The notes under the pieces are model-generated. The model did not search any database. It worked only from the letters and a program-made list of their open reading frames with translations, and had not been told where the DNA came from. 62,034 bases of DNA from Actinomycetota bacterium (GTDB taxonomy: Bacteria > Actinomycetota > UBA4738 > CALAEC01): contig DASQTB010000136.1 of assembly GCA_035642095.1 (NCBI GenBank), positions 1 through 62,034 on the forward strand, written 5' to 3'. The translations under genes were made by a program, and so were the position numbers. Of the stretch, positions 1-9,318 are shown piece by piece; within the stretch, counting starts at the first letter, position 1; every line of letters starts with the position of its first letter.

Positions 1-433
1 GGCGACGGAGAACGCGCCTCGACCGGTCGAGGGCGGACGCCGGGGCCTCGGGGATCACCGCCTCCGTGAAGTGACGCATCCCGGCCAGGTCCCGGAGCGG
101 CTGAGGCCGCTGGCCGAGACTCCGAGCCAGGAGCCGGGTCCGGGGAATGAGGCACGACGCCAGCGAGATCAGGAGGAGCAGATAGGTCAACGTGAACCAC
201 CACGACCCGTAGACGTCGAACAGCCCGACCGCCCGGTAGACACGGGCCAGCAAGGGGTGCTCCACGAAGAGGTCGGCCACGGCTCTCGGGGCGATCGGGG
301 CCTGGGGCACCAGTGAGCCGAACACGCTGGCCACCGCCACGACCAGAAGAAGGATCAGCGCCGTGCGCATCGAGCGCAGCGTTCGCCACACGGCGACCAG
401 GGAGCGGTACAGCGACTCGGAGGGGGACGCCAT
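1..433 (-). CDS. resB: cytochrome c biogenesis protein ResB/Ccs1, N-terminal part (gene runs off the window start)
   Basis: Absent from the ORF track because it is truncated. My minus-strand translation from ATG 433 is MASPSESLYRSLVAVWRTLRSMRTALILLLLVVAVASVFGSLVPQ..., which matches the conserved ResB N-terminus plus TM helix. It lies 31 nt downstream of ccdA. Confidence 0.75.
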   Translation of the reverse strand, partial: MASPSESLYRSLVAVWRTLRSMRTALILLLVVAVASVFGSLVPQAPIAPRAVADLFVEHPLLARVYRAVGLFDVYGSWWFTLTYLLLLISLASCLIPRTRLLARSLGQRPQPLRDLAGMRHFTEAVIPEAPASALDRSRRVLRR

Positions 434-464
434 CAGCCGGCCCGGCGCATCGTACCGCGACCGC

Positions 465-1220
465 TCAGATCGGGGGCGTGAACCCCTGCACCCACCGGAG
501 GATCCCCAACCGGGAGAGGAGCGGGAGCCACAGGTTCGCGGCCAGCAGGACGCCGATGCCGACCAGGAGTCCCCCGCCGACGCCGGCGAACCAGTGGTAG
601 TTCCGCTTCACGAACCCCAGGGCCCCGGTCAGTCGGCGGAGGCCCAGGCCGATTAGGACGAACGGGAGGCCCAGTCCCAGCGAGTAGGAGAACAGGAGGA
701 ACGCTCCCCAGGCGCCCCCGCCCTGGACCGCGGCCAGCGTCAGGATCCCGGCCAGGACCGGCCCCAGACAGGGCGTCCACCCGGCCGCGAAGGCCATCCC
801 CAGGGGGACGGCCCCCCACCTCCCCGGGCGGACCCGGCTGAGCAGGGGCCGCCACTCCGAGAACAGCCCCGCGTTCCCCAGCCGGAACGCGAACAGGAGC
901 ATCAGCACGCCGATGCCCACCACCACAACTCCGGCGATCCTCTGGCCGGCCGGGGAGGTGAGCGCGGGCCGGAACACCTTCGAGAACGCCCCCGTGAGCG
1001 TGAACACCACGGCGAACCCGAGGACGAACGACAGCAGCGGCATCACCGGCCGGCGCCCCTCCTCCTGCGAGCCCGAGACGAAGCTCAGGTATCCGGGAAC
1101 CAGGGGAAGCACGCAGGGAGAGGCGAAGGACACCACGCCGGCGGCGAACGCCAGCGCCGGGGCCCACCACGAGGACAGCGCCTCCGCCACGCCCACGGGC
1201 CACAGTGTGGCACTTGCCAA
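465..1220 (-). CDS. ccdA: cytochrome c biogenesis protein CcdA (DsbD-family thiol:disulfide transporter)
   Basis: 251 aa polytopic membrane protein with the FASPCVLPLVPGYL motif typical of CcdA/DsbD. TTG start. Followed by resB. Confidence 0.9.
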   Translation of the reverse strand: MASATLWPVGVAEALSSWWAPALAFAAGVVSFASPCVLPLVPGYLSFVSGSQEEGRRPVMPLLSFVLGFAVVFTLTGAFSKVFRPALTSPAGQRIAGVVVVGIGVLMLLFAFRLGNAGLFSEWRPLLSRVRPGRWGAVPLGMAFAAGWTPCLGPVLAGILTLAAVQGGGAWGAFLLFSYSLGLGLPFVLIGLGLRRLTGALGFVKRNYHWFAGVGGGLLVGIGVLLAANLWLPLLSRLGILRWVQGFTPPI

Positions 1221-1257
1221 CCCGGACCCGTTGGGGAAGAATCCGGTCCGGTGCTTG

Positions 1258-1275
1258 TGAATCGGTTCACAAGGA
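1258..1275. promoter_or_regulatory. Rex operator (ROP) site, perfect inverted repeat TTGTGAA-TCGG-TTCACAA
   Basis: The 18-bp sequence read directly matches the published Rex consensus TTGTGAAnnnnTTCACAA at every specified position. It lies in the divergent ccdA / cytochrome-operon intergenic region. rex itself is at 11474-12163. Confidence 0.6.
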
Positions 1276-1327
1276 CGACGCCGGCCCCCCGGGGCCGGAC
1301 CGGGCCCCTCGGGCCCCGGGACCCCGT

Positions 1328-1336
1328 TGGTAGAAT
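1328..1336 (+). promoter_or_regulatory. candidate extended -10 promoter element (TGGTAGAAT) for the cytochrome b6-type operon
   Basis: TGnTAGAAT-like motif sits about 22 nt upstream of ATG 1358, followed by GGAG 8 nt before the start. No clear -35. Confidence 0.3.
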
Positions 1337-1357
1337 CAGAACTGGAGTGGCCCGACC

Positions 1358-1720
1358 ATGAGACTCCCCATCCCGAAGGCGGTCGAGCGGAGATTGCGAC
1401 CGCTCATGCGCCGGGGCGAGCAGTTCCTCCGGACCTTCGAGTGGACCTGGACCTCGGCCTTCATCGCCGGGCTGATCATCTCGTTCGTGGCCCTGACCAC
1501 GCTGGCGGTGATCCCGTCCTGGATGCTCTATTTCTCCGAGCAGTCGCTGGGCATCTCGCCCGAGAACCGCATCACCCTGGCCATCCGTGACCTGGTGGTG
1601 ACCGGCTGGCTCGGGGTATGGGCCGGGATCTTCGTGGTGACCTTCTACAAGTTCCAGGTGATCCGGAAGCGGCTCCGCGGCGAGCAGCAGGCCGAGCGCT
1701 ACTCGGGCGGATACCGCTAA
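1358..1720 (+). CDS. small 2-TM membrane protein, first gene of the Rieske/cytochrome b operon, function unknown
   Basis: 120 aa with two hydrophobic helices ([19 protein letters not shown] and [18 protein letters not shown]). GGAG SD. The next gene starts 12 nt downstream. Confidence 0.6.
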   Translation: MRLPIPKAVERRLRPLMRRGEQFLRTFEWTWTSAFIAGLIISFVALTTLAVIPSWMLYFSEQSLGISPENRITLAIRDLVVTGWLGVWAGIFVVTFYKFQVIRKRLRGEQQAERYSGGYR

Positions 1721-1731
1721 GGAGACGAGCG

Positions 1732-2136
1732 ATGCCGTTCCAGAAGACCGAGGTCGACATCCGAGAGGACTACACCCTCGAGGCCGTCGACCCCGTCTGG
1801 TTGAAGGAGGGCGTGAAGTCGCCCAAGCACCTGATGCTCGACCCCGAGCCGTGCATCCTGTGCCGGGCGTGCGAGGACGTGTGCCCCTGGAACTGCATCT
1901 TCATGTTGGACACGGGCATCATCCAGACCATCGAGGACCCGGCCACCGGCGAGCTCGTCCAGCAGGCCGAGGCGGTGTTCGTGGTCGACGACAACGCGTG
2001 CACCCGGTGCTCCGTGTGCGTGGAGCGCTGCCCGAGCGACTGCCTGTACTACGCCCGGCTGCCCGAAGGAGGCGATGGAGGGCAGCGGACGATGGGCTCC
2101 GTGCCGATGTCGCAGAAGGCCGAGGAGCCGGCGTGA
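1732..2136 (+). CDS. 2x[4Fe-4S] ferredoxin-type protein
   Basis: Two complete CxxCxxCxxxCP motifs ([12 protein letters not shown] and [12 protein letters not shown]). AAGGAG SD 5-10 nt upstream of ATG 1732. The stop overlaps the next start (GTGA). Confidence 0.85.
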   Translation: MPFQKTEVDIREDYTLEAVDPVWLKEGVKSPKHLMLDPEPCILCRACEDVCPWNCIFMLDTGIIQTIEDPATGELVQQAEAVFVVDDNACTRCSVCVERCPSDCLYYARLPEGGDGGQRTMGSVPMSQKAEEPA

Positions 2137-2906
2137 GGATCCCCCGCCCCCCGAGCCCGACGCAGGTCCTGGACTACATCCAGGACACCGAGGTGTGGCG
2201 TTCGATGTTCCGGCCCGGATCGATCTTCCGGAAGGGGTACAAGGACACGCAGCGGGACCGGGCCCTGGCCGCCATGAACAACGTGCTGTACCACCTCCAC
2301 CCGGTGAAGGTGAAGCGCCACGGGCTCAAGTTGACATACACGTTCTGCCTGGGCGGCCTGTCCTTCTTCCTGTTCATCCTGCTCACCGTGACCGGCATCT
2401 TCCTGATGTTCTTCTACCGTCCGTCGGCCGAGCTGGCCTCCGGCCAGGCGTACACCGACATCGAGACGATCCGAAACAGCGTGGCCTTCGGGGACCTGGT
2501 CCGGAACATGCACCGGTGGGGGGCGCACCTGATGACGATCACGGTGTTCCTCCACATGACCCGGGTGTTCTACACCGGCGCCTACAAGCCGCCCCGGGAG
2601 TTCAACTGGGTGGTCGGCGTGATCCTCCTCCTGATCACCCTGCTGCTGGCCTTCAGCGGCTACCTGTTGCCGTGGGACCAGCTGTCGTTCTGGGCCTTCA
2701 CGGTCGGCACGAGCTTCGGGGCGTACTCGCCGCTCGTGGCCAGGGAGGTCCAGTTCATCCTCCTCGGAGGGCTCGAGGTGAGCGGAGAGACCCTCCTCCG
2801 GTGGTACGTTCTCCATGTCCTGGCGCTTCCGTTCGTGATCACCATCTTCCTGGCCGTGCACTTCTGGAGGATCCGGAAGGACGGCGGGATCTCGGGACCG
2901 CTCTGA
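2133..2906 (+). CDS. petB: cytochrome b6-type subunit (cytochrome b N-terminal domain, 4 TM)
   Basis: Both His pairs are present: [16 protein letters not shown] and [30 protein letters not shown] aligns with the b6 heme-ci cysteine motif (YCLGG). GTG start overlaps the ferredoxin stop. Confidence 0.85.
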   Translation: MRIPRPPSPTQVLDYIQDTEVWRSMFRPGSIFRKGYKDTQRDRALAAMNNVLYHLHPVKVKRHGLKLTYTFCLGGLSFFLFILLTVTGIFLMFFYRPSAELASGQAYTDIETIRNSVAFGDLVRNMHRWGAHLMTITVFLHMTRVFYTGAYKPPREFNWVVGVILLLITLLLAFSGYLLPWDQLSFWAFTVGTSFGAYSPLVAREVQFILLGGLEVSGETLLRWYVLHVLALPFVITIFLAVHFWRIRKDGGISGPL

Positions 2907-3751
2907 TGGCCGAGTTCGCCGAGAACCTGAACCCCGAGACCTTCAACCGAGTCCGTGAGGAGCTGCTCGGCCAGGGGGTGCCGCCCCGGGTGGCCGAGGG
3001 CCGGGCCCGGCGGGTGGCCATGGTCGAGTACAACCGGCAGCACGGCGAGGAGGAACCCGCCGGGGCGGCCACCCGCCCACCGGAGGGCGGCGACGGCCAG
3101 GCCGCCGCCCCTGCGGCCGCGGCTCCCGCGGCCCCGGCCGCACCCGCCGCGGCCCCCGGCGCGCCGATGGCCGCCTCGGTGGCCGTGGCCGCGCCAGCCG
3201 CCCCATTGACCGCGCCGCCGCCCACCGGCAAGCTGCCCACACCGAAGGCCGGGGCCCCCGACAAGCACCGGCTCCTGGCGCTGGTCCAGCCGGAGGGGGT
3301 CCAGCGGGTCGAGCGGGAGCAGGGCGACCGGATCAACACGTTCCCCCACCTCCTGCTGGAGGAGCTGCTCTCGCTGGTGATCGTGACCGCGGCCCTGATC
3401 GTGTTCTCGACGTTCGTCAACGCGCCGCTCCGGGAGCTGGCCAACCCGAACCTCACGCCCAACCCATCCAAGGCACCGTGGTACTTCCTCGGCCTCCAGG
3501 AGCTGCTCCGGTACTTCCACCCCATGGTGGCCGGCGTCCTGGTTCCCACCCTGTTCTTCGCGTTCCTGTTCGCCCTGCCCTACGCGGACCGCAACCCCAG
3601 CTCGAAGCCGGGCGACCGGAAGCTGGCCATCGTGCTCTTCACGATGCTCCTCATGTTCTTCGCCGTCCTGACCATCATCGGGGCATTCTTCCGAGGGCCG
3701 GGGTTCAACTTCATCTGGCCGTGGGTGGACGGGGTGTTCTTCGACCTATGA
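2906..3751 (+). CDS. petD: cytochrome b6f subunit IV-like protein (cytochrome b C-terminal domain) with a long Ala/Pro-rich N-terminal extension
   Basis: C-terminal 130 aa carry [19 protein letters not shown] (a PEWY-type Qo motif, variant APWY) plus 3 TM helices. The ATG overlaps the petB stop by 1 nt. Confidence 0.8.
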   Translation: MAEFAENLNPETFNRVREELLGQGVPPRVAEGRARRVAMVEYNRQHGEEEPAGAATRPPEGGDGQAAAPAAAAPAAPAAPAAAPGAPMAASVAVAAPAAPLTAPPPTGKLPTPKAGAPDKHRLLALVQPEGVQRVEREQGDRINTFPHLLLEELLSLVIVTAALIVFSTFVNAPLRELANPNLTPNPSKAPWYFLGLQELLRYFHPMVAGVLVPTLFFAFLFALPYADRNPSSKPGDRKLAIVLFTMLLMFFAVLTIIGAFFRGPGFNFIWPWVDGVFFDL

Positions 3752-4482
3752 GCCCGCAGACGTTCGCCATCATCATCGTCGCCGGGCTCTTCGCCCTGTT
3801 CGTCCTTCTGGTGATTGCGGCGTTCGTCCGGTCGCGACGAGCGGCCACCGTGTTCCGGGAGGCGGCCCGGGGCGCCGTCCCCAGACCCCCCACGCCGGAG
3901 CGCAGGGAGGGGGCCGCGAAGCCGAGGCCCGTCTCCCGCCGTGACTTCTTCCGGGGGGCGCTGCTGACGTCCTTCGCCGTGTTCGGGGCCGAGTTCGGCT
4001 TGGCCAGCCTGGCCTTCATCTGGCCGAACCTCCAGGGAGGGTTCGGATCGTTGATCGACCTGGGGCTCCCCGCCAGCGCGGTGAAGAGCCAGATCGAGGG
4101 AGACCGCCTGCCGTTCTATTTCGGCGCGGGACGCTTCTACCTGGTCACCTACGACGGCGAGGGCGCCGACACGGAGTACCAGGGTCTGGTCGGCGAGGGG
4201 CTGATGGCCCTGTACCAGAAGTGCGTCCACCTCGGGTGCCGGGTCCCGTTCTGCCAGGCCAGCCAGTGGTTCGAGTGTCCCTGCCACGGCTCCAAGTACA
4301 ACCGAGCCGGCGAGTACCGTGACGGCCCCGCGCCCCGGGGCATGGACCGATTCGCCGTCCGGACCCAGGGCGGAACGGTCCAGGTCGACACGACGCAGAT
4401 CGTCCTCGGACCGCCCCGCGGAATCGACACGATCAAGCAGGAGCCAGAAGGCCCCTTCTGCGTCAACATCGGCGGGGAATGA
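3748..4482 (+). CDS. Rieske [2Fe-2S] iron-sulfur subunit
   Basis: CVHLGC...CPCHGS cluster-binding boxes. N-terminal TM helix followed by an internal twin-arginine-like [11 protein letters not shown] and a second TM helix. ATGA overlap with petD. Confidence 0.9.
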   Translation: MSPQTFAIIIVAGLFALFVLLVIAAFVRSRRAATVFREAARGAVPRPPTPERREGAAKPRPVSRRDFFRGALLTSFAVFGAEFGLASLAFIWPNLQGGFGSLIDLGLPASAVKSQIEGDRLPFYFGAGRFYLVTYDGEGADTEYQGLVGEGLMALYQKCVHLGCRVPFCQASQWFECPCHGSKYNRAGEYRDGPAPRGMDRFAVRTQGGTVQVDTTQIVLGPPRGIDTIKQEPEGPFCVNIGGE

Positions 4483-5279
4483 CCGACCTCCTGGCGCTCT
4501 CCACCCCGGTGACCATCGCCCTGGTGGCCGGCGTCCTGATCGGCCTGGGCTTCGTGGCCTGGCTGATCGCCCTGGCCATCCGGAAGCGAGGCGACCGCGG
4601 TCCGGACATCCCCCCGGGGATGCGCCCCGGTCCCTCGGACGAGGTCCTGGAGCGGCGTCAGCGGGAGAAGGTCATGGGATGGGGGGTCCTGTTCGTCCTC
4701 CTCTCCGCGATCTGGCTCCCGGCGCTGTGGTTGGGGGAGCCGGGCCAGAACGTCGACGACGCTATCGAGCTGATCTCGCGGTCGGAGCAGCGTGGATCCC
4801 AGTGGTTCCAGGAGACCTCCGAGGAGAACCCGACCGGCTACGGCTGCGCCCGGTGCCACGGCGAGGAAGCCCAGGGGGGCAGCGTGCCGTTCACCCCCGA
4901 GGGCGAAGAGGAGCCCATCGAGTATCCGGTGCCGTCCCTGTCGGACGTGTGCGGTCGGCTCGACGTCGAGGAGATCAGGACGACGATCGAGCAGGGCCGG
5001 GAGGGGACCCCGATGCCCTCGTGGAGCGTGTCGTACGAGGGACCGATGAACGACCAGCAGATCCTGGACCTCATCAACTACCTGGTATCCATCCAGACGG
5101 TGACCGGTGACGCCAACCTGTGCCTGAACCCGCCGGTCGCCGACGAGGAACCGGCCCCCGGCCCGACCGCGTCCGTGACTCCCGGCGCGCCGACCGGCGA
5201 GGAGCCCCAGCAGGGCGGGGCCGGCCAGGGCGGCGGGGGTTCGTCGCCCGGACCCGAGGCCTCGCCGGGGAACGCCTGA
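4479..5279 (+). CDS. membrane-anchored mono-heme c-type cytochrome
   Basis: Two N-terminal TM helices, a single CARCH (CxxCH) heme motif with a distal Met region (GTPMPSW), and a Pro/Gly/Glu-rich tail. ATGA overlap with the Rieske gene. Confidence 0.8.
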   Translation: MTDLLALSTPVTIALVAGVLIGLGFVAWLIALAIRKRGDRGPDIPPGMRPGPSDEVLERRQREKVMGWGVLFVLLSAIWLPALWLGEPGQNVDDAIELISRSEQRGSQWFQETSEENPTGYGCARCHGEEAQGGSVPFTPEGEEEPIEYPVPSLSDVCGRLDVEEIRTTIEQGREGTPMPSWSVSYEGPMNDQQILDLINYLVSIQTVTGDANLCLNPPVADEEPAPGPTASVTPGAPTGEEPQQGGAGQGGGGSSPGPEASPGNA

Positions 5280-6001
5280 TGGAGCTCCTGGCCCTCACCC
5301 GGGACAACATCGAGGGTGTCCTGGTGGTGGTCTCCGCGTTCGTCATCTTCGGCGGCAGTGTGCTGCTGCTCCTGGGAGCGGTGTTCGGCCTGCGCATGGC
5401 CTACCTCCTGGTGGCCACGGGGTTCTTCGCCTTCATGATCATCCTGTCCGCCCTGTGGTCCTTCGGCGCCGAGCTGTTCGGTGTCGGGACCCCACCGTTC
5501 CTGGGACCGAAGGGGGAGATCCCCACGTGGATCGCCCTCGACGCGGGGAGAGACCTGACCTCCCCCACGTTCCCCGTCCTCGACCGATATCCGGACGATC
5601 CGTGGACATCGGCCGAGGAGGACCCCTCCCGCACCCCCGAGGTCGAGTCGGTCACCCTGGCCGTGCAGGAGTTCCTGACCGAGGAGGCTCAGGCCGAGCT
5701 GGCCCGAGCTCGGATCGAGGGCGAGGTGACGCCGGAGGACTTCCAGGTCACCGACATCGAGTTCACCACGGTCGACGACACGCCGCTGGCCGCGGCCCGA
5801 GCGTTCGCCTCCGGGGGAGGTCCGGAGGTCGAGGTGTTCGCGTACAAGGATCCCGGGAACGAGCCCCTCCCCTCGTACCTGTTCCTGGCGGCCTCGGTGA
5901 TCGGGTTCGTGGTCCACCTTCCCTTCCTCGATCGGGCGGAGCGGAAGCGGAAGGACATCCTCACCGGTGGCCAGCAGGCCCCGTGGCGGGGACCGGCGTA
6001 G
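5279..6001 (+). CDS. membrane protein of unknown function (3 N-terminal TM helices plus 1 C-terminal TM helix), operon member
   Basis: 240 aa. The ATG overlaps the cytochrome c stop by 1 nt (TGATG). Hydrophobic segments flank an acidic soluble domain. Confidence 0.6.
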   Translation: MELLALTRDNIEGVLVVVSAFVIFGGSVLLLLGAVFGLRMAYLLVATGFFAFMIILSALWSFGAELFGVGTPPFLGPKGEIPTWIALDAGRDLTSPTFPVLDRYPDDPWTSAEEDPSRTPEVESVTLAVQEFLTEEAQAELARARIEGEVTPEDFQVTDIEFTTVDDTPLAAARAFASGGGPEVEVFAYKDPGNEPLPSYLFLAASVIGFVVHLPFLDRAERKRKDILTGGQQAPWRGPA

Positions 6002-6011
6002 GAAGGGACGG

Positions 6012-6128
6012 ATGGAGGCGCTGGGGTTCATCGTCGCGGCGGTGGAGGAGGGAGGGCTGTCGTTCATCCTCTTCTCGGTGATGGTGGTCGTCGTCTTCGT
6101 GGCCATGCTGATCACGATCGCCCGGTAG
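6012..6128 (+). CDS. 38-aa single-TM micro-protein, possible small subunit of the complex
   Basis: Below the ORF-track size cutoff. Translation is MEALGFIVAAVEEGGLSFILFSVMVVVVFVAMLITIAR. Nearly all third positions are G/C. GGAAGGGA precedes the ATG. Confidence 0.45.
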   Translation: MEALGFIVAAVEEGGLSFILFSVMVVVVFVAMLITIAR

Positions 6129-6137
6129 GGGGACGAC

Positions 6138-7421
6138 TCAGCCGGCCAGGACCCGGGCCGCCTCCCGAACCGCGGCCACGGTCCGGTCGACCTCGGCGGG
6201 CCGGTGGGCGGTGCCCGGGAACCAGGCCTCGTAGCCGGACGGCGGAAGGTACACGCCCCGATCGAGCATGGCGTGGAAGAAGCGGGCGAATGCCCGGTGA
6301 TCCGCCCCCTGGGCCGACCGGAAGTCGGTCACGGGGTCGGGGCCGAAGAACACCGAAAGGAGTGGACCGACCCGGTTCACGGTGTGGGCGATGCCAGCCC
6401 CGCGGAGGGCGTCCGACACGCGGTCGGCCAGCTCGGCCGCGGCTCGCTCCAGCGCGTCGTAGGGATCCAGCCGGTCGATCAGATCGAGGACGGCCAGCCC
6501 GGCGGCCACGGCCACTGGGTTCCCCGACAGCGTTCCGGCCTGATACACCGGTCCTGCCGGGGCCAGGTGGTCCATCAGGTCCGCCCGACCCCCGAAGGCG
6601 GCGGAGGGGAAGCCCCCGCCCATCACCTTGCCCATCACCGTGAGGTCCGGAAGGATGCCCAGCCGCTGCTGGGCGCCGCCCGGGGCCAGCCGGAAGCCCG
6701 TGATCACCTCGTCGAAGATCAGCACGGCGCCGTGCTCCCGGGTGAGGCTCCGGAGCCGCGTCAGGAACCCCTCCGAGGGAGGGACCACTCCCATGTTGGC
6801 GGCCACCGGCTCGACGATCGCCGCGGCGATCGAGGTCCCCGATCGCTCGAACGCCGTGCCCAGAACATCGGCCTCGTTGTAGGGGACCACGATGGTGTCG
6901 GCCACGGCCCCGTGGGTGACCCCCGGCGTGCCCGGGATCCCCAGCGTGGCCACCCCGGATCCCGCCGCGGCCAGCAGGGCGTCGGCGTGGCCGTGGTAAC
7001 AGCCCTCGAACTTGACGACCTTCGTCCGGCCGGTCGCTCCCCGGGCCAGCCGGACGGCGCTCATGGCCGCCTCCGTGCCGCTGGAGACGAGCCGAACGGC
7101 GTCCACGGACGGGACCATCTCCACGATGCGCTCGGCCAGGCGAACCTCACCCTCCGTCGGCGCCCCGAACGACGTCCCCCGTCGGGCGGCCTCGGTTGCG
7201 GCGTCGACGATCTCCGGCCGGCCATGACCGAACAGGAGCGCACCCCAGGACTGCACGTAGTCGAGGAGGACGTCCCCGTCCACGGTCCGGAGATACGCCC
7301 CGTCCCCCGAGGCGACGAACCTCGGAGTTCCCCCGACCGTCCGGAACGCGCGGACGGGCGAGTTCACGCCGCCGGGAACCACGTCCCAGGCCCGGTCGAA
7401 CAGCTCCTCGGAGGTGCTCAG
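6138..7421 (-). CDS. hemL: glutamate-1-semialdehyde 2,1-aminomutase
   Basis: [11 protein letters not shown], the class III aminotransferase body and a PLP-lysine region (VMGKVMGGG). The start is uncertain. The conserved N-terminus begins at CTG 7421, which overlaps the hemB stop. The only upstream ATG (7529) adds an Arg/Gly/Pro-rich 36 aa that lies inside hemB. Confidence 0.85.
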   Translation of the reverse strand: MSTSEELFDRAWDVVPGGVNSPVRAFRTVGGTPRFVASGDGAYLRTVDGDVLLDYVQSWGALLFGHGRPEIVDAATEAARRGTSFGAPTEGEVRLAERIVEMVPSVDAVRLVSSGTEAAMSAVRLARGATGRTKVVKFEGCYHGHADALLAAAGSGVATLGIPGTPGVTHGAVADTIVVPYNEADVLGTAFERSGTSIAAAIVEPVAANMGVVPPSEGFLTRLRSLTREHGAVLIFDEVITGFRLAPGGAQQRLGILPDLTVMGKVMGGGFPSAAFGGRADLMDHLAPAGPVYQAGTLSGNPVAVAAGLAVLDLIDRLDPYDALERAAAELADRVSDALRGAGIAHTVNRVGPLLSVFFGPDPVTDFRSAQGADHRAFARFFHAMLDRGVYLPPSGYEAWFPGTAHRPAEVDRTVAAVREAARVLAG

Positions 7422-8401
7422 GCCAGGGCCTCGGCGGCCTCGCGGGCGAAGTACGTCAGGATCAGATCCGCCCCGGCCCGGCGGATCGAGGTCAGCACCT
7501 CGACCATGGCCTGGGGACCGTCGAGCCATCCCCGCTCCGCCGCGGCCTTGACCATGGCGTATTCGCCCGAGACGTTGTACGCGGCCACGGGGACACCGCC
7601 CGCTTCCACCCTGGCCCGCCGGATCACGTCGAGATACGGGAGCGCGGGCTTGACCATGACGATGTCGGCCCCCTCGTCGACATCCTGCCGGATCTCCAGG
7701 AGGGCCTCGTCGGCGTTGGCCGGATCCATCTGGTACGCCCGGCGGTCACCGAATCGCGGAGCACATTCCGCGGCGTCCCGGAACGGGCCGTAGAAGGTGG
7801 AGGCGAACTTGGCGGCGTAGGCCAGGATCCCCGTCTCGGAGCGGCCTTCGTCGTCCAGCGCCGACCGGATCGCAGCGACCTGACCGTCCATCATGCCCGA
7901 CGGCGCCACCAGGTCGGCGCCGGCCGCGGCCTGCGACACGGCGATCCGGCGGTAGCGCTCGAGGGTTCGGTCGTTGTCGACCATGCCCCGATCGTCGAGC
8001 ACCCCGCAGTGGCCGTGATCGGTGTACTCGTCCAGGCACAGGTCCGAGATCAGCACCGCGTCGTCCCCGAACTCCTCCCGGAGCGCCCGGAGCCCCTCCT
8101 GGGCCACACCCCGGTCGTTCCACGCCTCGCTCCCCTCGGCGTCCTTCCTCTCCGGGATGCCGAACAGCACGAAAGCGGTGACCCCCACCGCGTGGATCTG
8201 CCGGGCCTCCTTCCGAAGAGACTCCAGGGTGTGCTGAACCTGGCCGGGCATGGACCGGATCGGTGCCGGCTCCTCGATCCCTTCCTTCAGGAACATCGGA
8301 GCCACCAGGTGCCGGGGTGACAGATCGGTCTCCCGGACCAGTGCCCGGATGGACACCGTGCGCCGGAGCCGCCGGGCCCGGTGGTGGGGGAACGCGGCCA
8401 T
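7418..8401 (-). CDS. hemB: porphobilinogen synthase (delta-aminolevulinate dehydratase)
   Basis: 327 aa with a typical ALAD sequence (RRLRRT..., PMFLKEG, active-site region [11 protein letters not shown]). Confidence 0.92.
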   Translation of the reverse strand: MAAFPHHRARRLRRTVSIRALVRETDLSPRHLVAPMFLKEGIEEPAPIRSMPGQVQHTLESLRKEARQIHAVGVTAFVLFGIPERKDAEGSEAWNDRGVAQEGLRALREEFGDDAVLISDLCLDEYTDHGHCGVLDDRGMVDNDRTLERYRRIAVSQAAAGADLVAPSGMMDGQVAAIRSALDDEGRSETGILAYAAKFASTFYGPFRDAAECAPRFGDRRAYQMDPANADEALLEIRQDVDEGADIVMVKPALPYLDVIRRARVEAGGVPVAAYNVSGEYAMVKAAAERGWLDGPQAMVEVLTSIRRAGADLILTYFAREAAEALA

Positions 8402-8571
8402 GAGGCGATGCTACACGAGGGTGGCCCGATCCCATCCGAAGGGCTCGGTGGCGATTCAGGTCGGCCTCGCAGGAGAAGTCCTGGCCGAGGCCGCCCGAGG
8501 GGGACAGGGAAGCTCGAGCCGGTACGACTCCCCCGGTTGGATGCCTGGTGCCGACGTCGAGCTGCTGGCTA

Positions 8572-9318
8572 CTACCCGAGGGCCCGGCCGAGCGCCTCCA
8601 CCAACCCCTCGGTCGTGTGTGGGTCGGCCACCGCGGCGACGTCGAAGCCGGCACCCCGGGCCGCCTCGGCCGTCACGGGCCCGATGCACACGATCGATGG
8701 CCGCCGCGGCACACCGGCCAGTGTGACGAACCCCTCCACCGTGGATGGGGACGTGAACGTGATGGCGTCCACTCGTTCCTCCTCCAGGGCTCGACGCGCT
8801 CTCGCGGGAAGCGATTCGACCAGAGACACGTGGTAGGCATCCACGCGGACAGGTGACCACCCCTTCCCGCGGAGAGCCTCCTCCAGCTCATCCGTGGCCA
8901 GGTCGGCACGGGGGAGCAGCACCGCTCCGCTGCCTCTGGGGAACGCTTCAGCGAGGGCAGCCGTGGTGAACGCCGGGGGGACCAGATCCGGCTTCCTGAT
9001 GGCGGCTCGGACCGCCTCGGCCGTCGTTCGACCGATCGCCGCCAGGCGGGCGGGGACGGCGGCGGGGGCGACGGCGGCGGCCCGCTCGGACCACCCCGTC
9101 ACCCCAGTCGCGCTGGTGAAGACGATCCAGGCGTACCGCCCCGCTGCCACCCCTCGGATCGCCGCGTCCAGGTCGCCCCCGGCCTCCGGGGGGGACAAAC
9201 GGATGGTGGGGGCAACCAGCGGGTCCGCTCCCAGCGCCCGGAGACGGGCGGCAAGGTCCTCGGCCTGTTCAGCCGGGCGGGTGACCAGGACGACCCGGCC
9301 CTCCAGGGGCCCGGTCAC
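8572..9318 (-). CDS. hemD: uroporphyrinogen-III synthase
   Basis: GRVVLVTRPAEQAEDLAARLRALGADPLVAPTI is a typical HemD N-terminus. GTG 9318 overlaps the hemC stop (GTGA). The longer track ORF lies inside hemC. Confidence 0.8.
   Translation of the reverse strand: MTGPLEGRVVLVTRPAEQAEDLAARLRALGADPLVAPTIRLSPPEAGGDLDAAIRGVAAGRYAWIVFTSATGVTGWSERAAAVAPAAVPARLAAIGRTTAEAVRAAIRKPDLVPPAFTTAALAEAFPRGSGAVLLPRADLATDELEEALRGKGWSPVRVDAYHVSLVESLPARARRALEEERVDAITFTSPSTVEGFVTLAGVPRRPSIVCIGPVTAEAARGAGFDVAAVADPHTTEGLVEALGRALG

Noticed and set aside
3060-3250. GC-rich GCC/CCG periodic tract, considered as a tandem repeat or array
   Set aside because: It is in frame within petD and encodes the Ala/Pro linker. It has no spacer/repeat organisation.
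2075-3751. 558-aa ORF suggesting a single long cytochrome b-like fusion
   Set aside because: Only the part from ATG 2906 is homologous (subunit IV). The upstream 277 codons are an out-of-frame read-through of the petB gene.
7422-7529. ATG 7529 as the hemL start
   Set aside because: It adds a non-homologous Arg/Gly/Pro-rich 36 aa and a 112-nt overlap with hemB. I keep it only as the maximal ORF boundary.
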